A stretch of 5,846 nt of DNA from Vitrella brassicaformis CCMP3155 (Eukaryota; Protista; Chromerida): contig CDMY01001025.1 in the NCBI GenBank assembly GCA_001179505.1, positions 1 through 5,846 of the forward strand, read 5' to 3'. Under the pieces are notes generated by a model. It did not search any database. It was not told the origin of the DNA and saw only the letters and a program-made list of their open reading frames with translations. The position numbers were made by a program, and so were the translations under genes. This document shows positions 1 to 5,846 of this stretch, piece by piece (within the stretch, counting starts at the first letter, position 1; every line of letters starts with the position of its first letter).

Positions 1-2
1 AG

Positions 3-131
3 CACATCCCGGCGGATGACTCGTGGGAGGGCAGGACCCTCGCCGTCCTCAAGAAGCCCGTCGACTGGATCCCGCTGCAAGGCACACAAGAGGAGAAGGA
101 ACAGAGGGAACTCACCACTGCTGCCTCGTGA
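3..131 (+). CDS. 3' end of an upstream protein-coding gene (partial), unknown product: HIPADDSWEGRTLAVLKKPVDWIPLQGTQEEKEQRELTTAAS*
   Basis: Frame 3 is open from the window edge to TGA 129-131 with G/C-ending codons (ggc agg acc ctc gcc gtc ctc aag aag ccc gtc gac tgg atc ccg ctg), the same bias as the main gene. The sequence becomes non-coding-like after the stop. It is absent from the ORF track because it has no start inside the window. Confidence 0.6.
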   Translation, partial: HIPADDSWEGRTLAVLKKPVDWIPLQGTQEEKEQRELTTAAS

Positions 132-322
132 CAAGAACCAATCAATCGAGGGAAGTTCAGCGAGTAAGTTGCTGTAGCGCTCTGGTTGATGGGCGAGGTA
201 GATGGGGATGGAACACAGCACATATGACTGCATGAGTGTCTGGCTGGACACACCATCGGAACGTACCGAGGCCAGCGAACCGCAGGCGCTGAATTCTCAG
301 ATGATGACGGGTGTAATACAAC

Positions 323-360
323 GAGTGCGCACACGCATGCATTCATCGCGTGTGGCGCTC
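323..360. promoter_or_regulatory. Intergenic inverted repeat/hairpin overlapping a GCATGCA motif
   Basis: CACACGC (330-336) pairs perfectly with GCGTGTG (348-354). GAGTGC (323-328) pairs with GCGCTC (355-360) with one G-U pair, and G329 is bulged. GCATGCA lies at 335-341. Function is inferred only. Confidence 0.3.
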
Positions 361-425
361 ACGTCTTAGCTCGCAGACTTCCCCTCCCCCGCATTCATTC
401 TCATTCCCATAACCGACCACACACC

Positions 426-468
426 TGCTTCTCCCTCTTCTCCTCTTCTCCCTCTCCATCTCTGTCAG
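426..468 (+). other. C/T-rich tract ending in TCTGTCAG (5' UTR pyrimidine tract or possible 3' splice acceptor) just before ATG 470
   Basis: The sequence tgcttctccctcttctcctcttctccctctccatctctgtcag|catg resembles the acceptors of the clear introns (tgtctcag, tctctcag, atgtcag). Confidence 0.35.
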
Positions 469-568
469 CATGCTTTGTTCTTGCTCGTCTGCATCGCCAT
501 CTGGCTACTCTTTTTTGTATCCTTCTGTCTGCTCTTTGTATCCTTGTGGCTGCTCGAGGTCTGTCGGA

Positions 569-2056
569 ATGGCGCCGCACCCCCACTTACCCGCGGCAGG
601 TCCTCTGATGCGCCCATCTTGTGATGGCCGTGGTGGCGAAGTCCTGTTCTTCCCGCCCGCCCACCACCTGCTGCTTTGCGCAGCTCAACCCCACCCCTCC
701 CCCACGCCACACCCCTGCTGGAACCCTCATCCAGCAGCTCAGAATTCAGCGTGCCCTCCGGCGCCAGCCCTCCAGCAGCAGCAGGAAGCCCAGTGCAACA
801 CTATTTTCACCCAGGTTGCGGAGGCCATCGGCAAGGGCGTCGCTGCTATCCGCCAGACGGCCGAGGACATTGGCGAGAGAGTCCGGCACTTCGGACAGGG
901 TGTCGCAGAGTGCCGCCTCTGTCCCCCCTGTGTTGCGGCCAAAGTCAAGGGATGCGAGGAGGACACGACGACAGCGCCTGACGAAGCGCCACCCCCAGCC
1001 CCGCTTGCCCTCTCCTACCGCAACAGGGGATACGTCAGCAGACTACCGCCGCCCCATGCCGCTCACCCGCCATCCATCGGCAGCCCGAAGGCATCACCCG
1101 CGAGCCAGCCATGTGGGGCGAAGATTCCCCTAAAGCTGACAGGCAAGAGGACAAGAACGGGTGAGCCGGCCAAGCCACCCACATATCGGCAATCAGCTCC
1201 CATCATGGTGCCGGCTCCTGCAAGACCCCCCTACCCTTTCCGCACCGTGCGGCTGGAGGACGTCGGCCCCATGAGCAGCAGCCACTCACACGTGAGGAAG
1301 ATGCGGGCCATTCCACTTGACGAGGCCGGCAACGACCTACCCCTTTTCCACCGCCCACTGGTCGTCTGCAAGAAGGTCGGTGGCAGGGCGGCCTACCAAG
1401 ATCGCCACGAGGTCGGCTGCCACTTTCTCTTCACACGGCACGCCGAATCCCCTCAACCGCAGACCTCCTCTTCCTCACCGCCAGGGTCATCGGCTGCCGC
1501 GCCCGAGGAGCAGCAGCCTGAGCCCCGCTTCGCCGCCAGGGTCATGCCGCCGACCAGCAGCCGCATATTCCGCAGAGTGGCGGAGGCGGAGGACTACGGA
1601 TTCATCGATCTGATGAGTCCCCACGTCTTCACGCCATTTGGAGCATCGGGCAGCGGGAGCCCACCGGGGGAGGCGGAGGGTCCACCCGAGTCCAAGAGCG
1701 GGCAGCCATGTATCAAGCTGGACGGGTTGGACTCCAACGAGTTCGTCATGCTGCACGTGCCCCGCTTCCCGCCGGGCAGCGGTTCCGTCCTGCCGCTCCT
1801 ACCACACCAACAGCGAGATTCTGATTGGGAGGACCTGGTGTGGGAGACCGGGCTCAACAACAAGCCGAAGGAGCAGTGGGCTGAGTGGCGGGCCAAGTGG
1901 ATGGAGGAGGATAGGGAGAAGAGCGCCCTTCCCTTCGATGACATCGAGGGAATACGCAAGGAGCTCGAGCGGCTGGGAGTGGTTGGCACCCAACAAGACG
2001 CTGTACGGGTACTGCTGATTAAGGACCTCGTGGACAAAACACGCATGATGCATCAG
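569..2056 (+). CDS. Exon 1 of a large hypothetical protein gene (start ATG 569, alternatively in-frame ATG 470). Pro/Ser/Gln-rich low-complexity N-terminus, then globular-looking segments
   Basis: Part of the 925-codon ORF 470-3247 with strong G/C-ending codon bias. 470-568 is pyrimidine-rich and UTR-like, so ATG 569 (MAPHPHL) is preferred. The exon ends at CAG|GTGCGC in phase 0. Confidence 0.8.
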
Positions 2057-2158
2057 GTGCGCCGGCTGCACGGGAAAGCGGAGCGTCGTGTCCACTCGCT
2101 TGTCTATCCGTGTGTCTGCCTGTGCCTGTGTGTACGTATGTGTATCGTGCGTGTGCAG
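2057..2158 (+). other. Spliceosomal intron 1 (102 nt, GT-AG, phase 0, in frame and stop-free)
   Basis: Donor CAG|GTGCGC, TG-rich 3' half (tgtgtctgcctgtgcctgtgtgtacgtatgtgtatcgtgcgtgtgCAG). It translates to an implausible Cys/Val run (VYPCVCLCLCVRMCIVRVQ). Removal gives KTRMMHQ|VVVPKKGVDYY. Confidence 0.85.
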
Positions 2159-3247
2159 GTTGTGGTGCCTAAGAAGGGTGTGGACTACTACGCGTCCCTC
2201 ACCAGCCAGACCACCCCAGGTCAGCCGGATATCCTCGCCAAGGCGGTCACCTACGCCAAGACGGACGGGTCCCCAGCCGTGTACGGCGACCTCACCCCCT
2301 CGAACGCCCTCGTCTGCTTCCGACAAGTGGACTTGGAGCTCAAGGGGGGCTCGGGGACGACCGGACGGTTCGTCGTGGCGTGCGTGGTGTTCGTCGACGC
2401 CAGCGTCGCAGCCACACATGACCGCCTTAGTTGCATTTCCGGCAAGCTCAACTACGAAACGCTGGAGAACAACCTCACCCGGCAGCTGGAGCACTCCATG
2501 AGGGACGAGGGCGTCACGACCAGCGACATGTGGCTCGAGGTGGCGGGGCCCTACTTCCTGCGATTCAGCGAGCGGAGCGGCTGGGATCGTGGCGAGGACA
2601 TCTGGGCCCTCGCCACCACTGCCATGAAGGGCTTGCAGCAGCACACGACCTACGACGCCCACAACCAGCAAGGATTCCCGCCCATCGACGCCCAGAAGGC
2701 CGCCTATCTTTACGCCACCGCCTTCAGCGAGGACGACAGGCCTGCCGAGCAGCAGAAGGTCATCGACAGCGTCAAGAAGCGGGGAGAGGAGGGCAAGGCC
2801 ACAGCTGCTCACTACGAGAAGATCTACGCTGAGCAATTCGAGCAGGCGGAGTGGCCGGATACCCTCTGTCTGTGTGCGAACGGCGTCAACACCCTGACGG
2901 AGTGCGAGGCGCTGCGCACCGAGCTGGTGGAGCGGCAGCGGGAACGGTACGTGCCTGCTTCGCTGCGGGCCAGGCTGTCGTCGGATGGGTCGGTGGGGGT
3001 GGATGAGATGGTCAAGATGGTAGAGGACGGTGACTTGACACTCACCGAAGCCGCCATCGCCATTGTCTACACCAACAACCACGACCATCCTGCCAAGAGG
3101 GCCGAAGGCGACCGGCTGCTGGCTATGAGCTCCCAACTCGGCGACCTGCTCGACAAATGCAGCGGCGTCCAATTCAAGGTCCCCAAGCTCCCCCGGTCTC
3201 GTCGCTCGAGAAGGAATTCATCCATCCCTCCCATCTCTCTCGTCTGA
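2159..3247 (+). CDS. Exon 2 of the hypothetical protein as sequenced (ends at TGA 3245-3247; spliced product 858 aa from ATG 569). The true gene probably continues past a frameshift at ~3191
   Basis: Uninterrupted frame with high GC3 encoding a mixed alpha/beta then helical region (VVVPKKGVDYYASL...GDLLDKCSGVQFKVPKL). No domain recognised. The last ~18 codons lose the codon bias. Confidence 0.75.
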   Translation, partial: VVVPKKGVDYYASLTSQTTPGQPDILAKAVTYAKTDGSPAVYGDLTPSNALVCFRQVDLELKGGSGTTGRFVVACVVFVDASVAATHDRLSCISGKLNYETLENNLTRQLEHSMRDEGVTTSDMWLEVAGPYFLRFSERSGWDRGEDIWALATTAMKGLQQHTTYDAHNQQGFPPIDAQKAAYLYATAFSEDDRPAEQQKVIDSVKKRGEEGKATAAHYEKIYAEQFEQAEWPDTLCLCANGVNTLTECEALRTELVERQRERYVPASLRARLSSDGSVGVDEMVKMVEDGDLTLTEAAIAIVYTNNHDHPAKRAEGDRLLAMSSQLGDLLDKCSGVQFKVPKLPRSRRSRRNSSIPPISLV

Positions 3248-3339
3248 GATCGGCTGAGCGTAGAGGAGCTGGTGGAGCAGGAGAGGATGGCGCGGGAGGA
3301 CCATTAGCTGGAGGGTTTGAAGGCATCGCAGCTACCGAC

Positions 3340-3525
3340 CACGCCGATGTGGCGGCGGACGACCACGGCAGCAATGAGGTGATTGAGCCGGACATTGTCA
3401 ACGACGGCGGCGTGGTGGAGCCGGACTCGTTCGACAGTGTTGACAGTGGTGACAATGACGGCGAGGAGGAGGGATTGCTCGAGGGCGATGGGGAGGGGGA
3501 GGACAGGGAGGGGTTAGGAGCCGTC
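3340..3525 (+). other. Acidic Asp/Glu/Gly-rich low-complexity coding segment
   Basis: Frame 1 reads DHADVAADDHGSNEVIEPDIVNDGGVVEPDSFDSVDSGDNDGEEEGLLEGDGEGEDREG, with short internal repeats (gagccggac twice; gacagtgtt/gacagtggt). Confidence 0.65.
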
Positions 3526-4141
3526 AGCGAGGCGTTGCTGGGCAAGCAGCACAGCGACGAGCTCAACACGGCACTAGCTGGCATCCCTCACGACGCCGCC
3601 CACATGGCGGACCCTCACGTGTGTGGGTCAGTGGCTACTGGGCCAGCTGGTGCCCGAGTACCTCACGCAGACCTACAGCAACATCAAGGCGGTGCAGCGG
3701 CGGCTGGCAACAGACTTCTCCCGCACTTCACGGTCATCCTCAACAACATGTGGGCGCGGGACCCCGGGTGTCGCGGAAACTGCTCGACATGTGCTCGACG
3801 AGGGGCGGACGGGCCTCAACGTGGTGCTGATGCAGACGAGCCTCTCGCCTTTCCTGTTTAAGCGACGGGCTCGTCCAGTGTGAGGACCTCAACCTCAACC
3901 AGTGGCTGACGCAGCAGCTGCGCCATGACGTCAACGCCGCCATCGTGGGCTGCGCGGCATTCCTCAAGAGCAAGATGCCCCGGACCGAGGTGCGGGACCA
4001 CGTCAAGCGGGAGGGCGCCCTCGACAGGGACACCGTGGGGCAGTTCATGTCGATCCTGCAGCCCTACACGACAGGCATCGACGTTAAGGACACCACACAC
4101 AAGACAAGGAGTACAGCTCGCTCGTCGCTGCTGCCATCTAG

Positions 4142-4233
4142 GTACGCATATACACAGACAGACAGACAGACAGAGGGAAAGACAGAGTCGGGCTTCTCAT
4201 TCATGCGTCTGTCTGTCTGTCTGCCTGTCTCAG
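4142..4233 (+). other. Spliceosomal intron (92 nt, GT-AG)
   Basis: Donor AG|GTACGC and acceptor tgcctgtctCAG|G. Contains (CAGA)5 and (TCTG)4. Codon-biased sequence resumes immediately after the acceptor (GFPELSTLSANH). Confidence 0.85.
4155..4228. repeat. Complementary tetranucleotide microsatellites (CAGA)5 at 4155-4174 and (TCTG)4 at 4208-4223 forming an inverted repeat
   Basis: Read directly. 4155-4171 is the exact reverse complement of 4207-4223 (17 bp). In a shifted register 4154-4174 pairs with 4208-4228 at 20 of 21 positions. Confidence 0.95.
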
Positions 4234-4446
4234 GCTTCCCGGAGCTCTCTACGCTCTCTGCCAACCACACGGCCTCGTCCGCGGCCGCCGCAGTGCACAA
4301 CGGGGAGACCGACAAGGCGCCGGAGGCGCCCAACAGCCCCCACGCTGCTGCCAACCACAACGGCACCGAGAACCAGCCTGCCGCAGTCGATGACTGGCGG
4401 GAAACCCCCAATGGACACATGGAACGCGGCAGCTGAGCAAGACGCA

Positions 4447-4478
4447 GGCGAGCAGGCGAGCAGGGCGGGCAAGGTGAG
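4447..4478 (+). repeat. Degenerate 9-nt coding tandem repeat (GEQ-GEQ-GGQ-GE) with one unit 1 nt short
   Basis: GGCGAGCAG | GCGAGCAG | GGCGGGCAA | GGTGAG. Confidence 0.6.
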
Positions 4479-4512
4479 GGCGTGGCTGAGCCGGCTGCCG
4501 AGCCGCCCACTG

Positions 4513-4581
4513 GTGAGAGCGCCTTCTTGCTTCCTCACCCGCATGGATTGCGTCCGGCTGACGTGCCGCTGGGGCCGCTAG
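4513..4581 (+). other. Probable intron (69 nt, GT-AG, frame-preserving)
   Basis: Donor G|GTGAGA, branch-like CTGAC at 4558-4562, acceptor ccgcTAG. Removal gives EPPT-E-VMEKEV. It lacks the CA/TG repeats of the other introns and is also readable as protein. Confidence 0.5.
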
Positions 4582-4831
4582 AGGTGATGGAGAAGGAAGT
4601 CAACGAGTGAGTACTTCTCTCTGCTGATGAAGGATCTGATCACGGGCGCCCCCACCAGCCAGCCGGAGATGGGTAGCCATATTTTTGCGTACTTCCCCAA
4701 GTATCCGACCCACGAGCTCAAGAAGACCGCCACGCTATTCGGTACTGCCTGACGTCCGCACGGTGCTCGAGGCGCTCAAAAAGTCCCCCAAGCAACGCCC
4801 CATCGCTTTTGGCATTATGGCGCTCGAAAGG

Positions 4832-4926
4832 GTGAGCAACACAACGCACTCACTGACCGGCCCGTGCCTGTGTCACTCGCACGTAAGTGGGGATGTGTGT
4901 GTGTCTGTTTTATTGCGATCTCTCAG
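4832..4926 (+). other. Spliceosomal intron (95 nt, GT-AG)
   Basis: Donor AGG|GTGAGC, A/C-rich 5' part (caacacaacgcactcac), TG-rich 3' part (gatgtgtgtgtgtctgtttt), acceptor tctctCAG. Codon-biased sequence follows (FRLAVVHTPVGKDPSGQITLMPIGYIQEV). Confidence 0.85.
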
Positions 4927-5326
4927 TGTTCCGGCTCGCTGTGGTGCACACGCCTGTGGGCAAGGACCCCAGCGGCCAGATAACCCTCATGCCCATCGGC
5001 TACATCCAGGAGGTCTCCGGCCAGTACTCCCACTTCATCAGCTCGCTGTTCAGCATCTTCCCTGGCCACCTGCACGAGCTCGTCATCGCACCCAAGGACA
5101 CACGCTGCTCTGTGGCAAGGCCCCGCCGCCACCCGAGATCAGAGACCGGCAAAGAAAAGGTCCAGCAACGCGCTGCTGTACCGGGCGAGGGAGCGGCGCC
5201 TCCCGTCGCTGGTGGCGGCCCTCAGCCCGATATAGGTGGCACCCAGGCCTTAGCGTTTGGTATGGGAGGGCAGCCGGCCGACCTCTCGATGGACAGGGGT
5301 CGCAGGGACCGCCGTGATCGGACAAG

Positions 5327-5410
5327 GTACACACACAGGAGACACACACAAACACAACGGGCGAGCGTTGATTCATGTCGGCTCCTCTCGTCTGTATGTG
5401 TGAATGTCAG
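5327..5410 (+). other. Spliceosomal intron (84 nt, GT-AG)
   Basis: Donor AAG|GTACAC, (AC)n-rich 5' half, 3' half ctctcgtctgtatgtgtgaatgtCAG|G. Confidence 0.85.
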
Positions 5411-5756
5411 GTGCGGTGCCTGAGGTATCTATCGCAGGGCCCATCGGTGATAGGGTCAGCGGCATGCCCCCGGCACCAACAGGGCCCTGCGTGGCAGGCA
5501 GGGCTGGGAGGACTTTTGCAGTCTGCCCAAAAGTCCCACCCCAAACGTCCCGGCGGTTTGATGCCCGGTGCGGGTACGGCTCAGCAGCCAAGCGCAGCAG
5601 GCGGCTGGTGCGATGGGAGGGTTCGGTCTTGGCAACGTGGAGATGCTGATGCATGAGCAGGAGTTGATGCGGGAGATCATCGGGCCCCCACCGCCCATCA
5701 GCGACCAGTTCGTGCAGATATTCAACACCGTCACCATAGCCAATGTCGAGCAGAAG

Positions 5757-5846
5757 GTAGATCACACAGACAGACAGTGGCTGGCCCCACAACACACACA
5801 CAAATGAATGGAGAAGGAAGGCATCCATCGAGATCTCTGTGTGTCG
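5757..5846 (+). other. Spliceosomal intron (5' part; acceptor probably just beyond the window)
   Basis: Donor AAG|GTAGAT follows the coding block ...IANVEQK. CA/GACA-rich start and a tctctgtgtgtcg end, as in the other introns. Confidence 0.75.

Larger units (their letters stand above)
3190..5756 (+). pseudogene. Frameshift-disrupted continuation of the same gene (pseudogenised 3' half or indel-error-rich assembly)
   Basis: Protein-like high-GC3 blocks alternate between the three + frames: VSSLEKEFI (f1), RLSVEELVEQERMARED (f2), GIAATDHAD...HMADPHV (f1), GQWLLGQLVPEYLTQTYSNIKAVQRRLATDF (f2), PHFTVILNNMWARDP (f1), VSRKLLDM (f3), VLDEGRTGLNVVLMQTSLSPFLFK (f2), DGLVQCEDLNLNQWLTQQLRHDV...DVKDTTH (f3), and on to GNVEMLMHEQELMREIIG...NVEQK (f3), with canonical introns between them. 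Confidence 0.7.

Noticed and set aside
469-624. Hydrophobic, transmembrane-like peptide in frame 1 (ALFLLVCIAIWLLFFVSFCLLFVSLWLL)
   Set aside because: No start codon in frame and no splice route into the main frame. T/C-rich UTR-like sequence naturally translates to Leu/Phe/Val.
1424-1450. FLFTRHAES resembles the histidine-phosphatase RHG[E/Q] motif
   Set aside because: It has Ala instead of Gly, no downstream Asn, and is followed at once by a Ser/Pro low-complexity run. No second catalytic Arg/His region is evident. An HMM search (His_Phos_1) would settle it.
1799-3172. 457-aa minus-strand ORF
   Set aside because: It lies in exact codon register antisense to the high-GC3 plus-strand gene, where TTA/CTA/TCA codons are rare, so it is a shadow ORF. 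It also runs across intron 1 and its composition is unnatural.
3208-3226. 17/19 match GAGAAGGAAnnCATCCATC with 5811-5829, and a 13-mer ATGGAGAAGGAAG shared by 4587-4599 and 5808-5820
   Set aside because: GAGAAGGAA (Glu-Lys-Glu codons) occurs four times in the window, and matches of this length are near chance expectation for 5.8 kb of biased sequence.
3245-3307. Stop-codon reassignment or readthrough (TGA and TAG flanking a coding-like block in frame 2)
   Set aside because: Both stops can be bypassed by frame switches. The clean 2.6 kb has no in-frame stops, and the upstream gene appears to end at TGA, so the standard code fits.
3619-3878. 260-nt GT-AG 'intron' that would skip five frameshifts and restore the frame
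   Set aside because: The interior is strongly codon-biased and protein-like, lacks the CA/TG intron signature, and is about three times longer than the real introns. It is a gene-predictor-style rescue only.
4142-4233. Intron hairpin interpreted as a MITE, introner element or miRNA precursor
   Set aside because: The arms are simple microsatellites. There is no target-site duplication and no sequence similarity between intron cores in the window.
1-5846. CRISPR array, tRNA/rRNA, transposase/RT/integrase or viral hallmark genes; the remaining short ORFs in the track
   Set aside because: No regularly spaced repeats, cloverleaf/rRNA signatures or catalytic motifs were recognised. The short ORFs are alternate-frame or antisense by-products of GC-rich coding DNA, apart from those that carry pieces of the frameshifted gene.

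Overview
Eukaryotic, GC-rich genomic DNA with short (~70-100 nt) GT-AG introns whose 5' halves are CA/GACA-rich and whose 3' halves are TG/TGTC-rich. This style suggests a chromerid/colpodellid alveolate such as Vitrella brassicaformis (inference from recollection, not verified). The window starts with the last 42 codons of an upstream + strand gene (TGA 129-131), followed by a ~340-440 nt intergenic/UTR region. A large + strand gene for a protein I do not recognise follows. Its first part is clean (ATG 569 or 470, intron 2057-2158, open to TGA 3245-3247; 858 aa spliced from ATG 569). From ~3190 to 5756 strongly coding-like sequence continues, with 3-4 more canonical introns and another starting at 5757, but the coding frame switches about 13-20 times by single-base steps with no obligatory nonsense codon. 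The likeliest cause is indel errors in the assembly; a decaying 3' half or a recoding/editing process are the alternatives. No rRNA, tRNA, CRISPR array or mobile element is supported. The most interesting sequence-level signals are introns bridged by complementary microsatellites and the sharply bounded frameshift-dense region.
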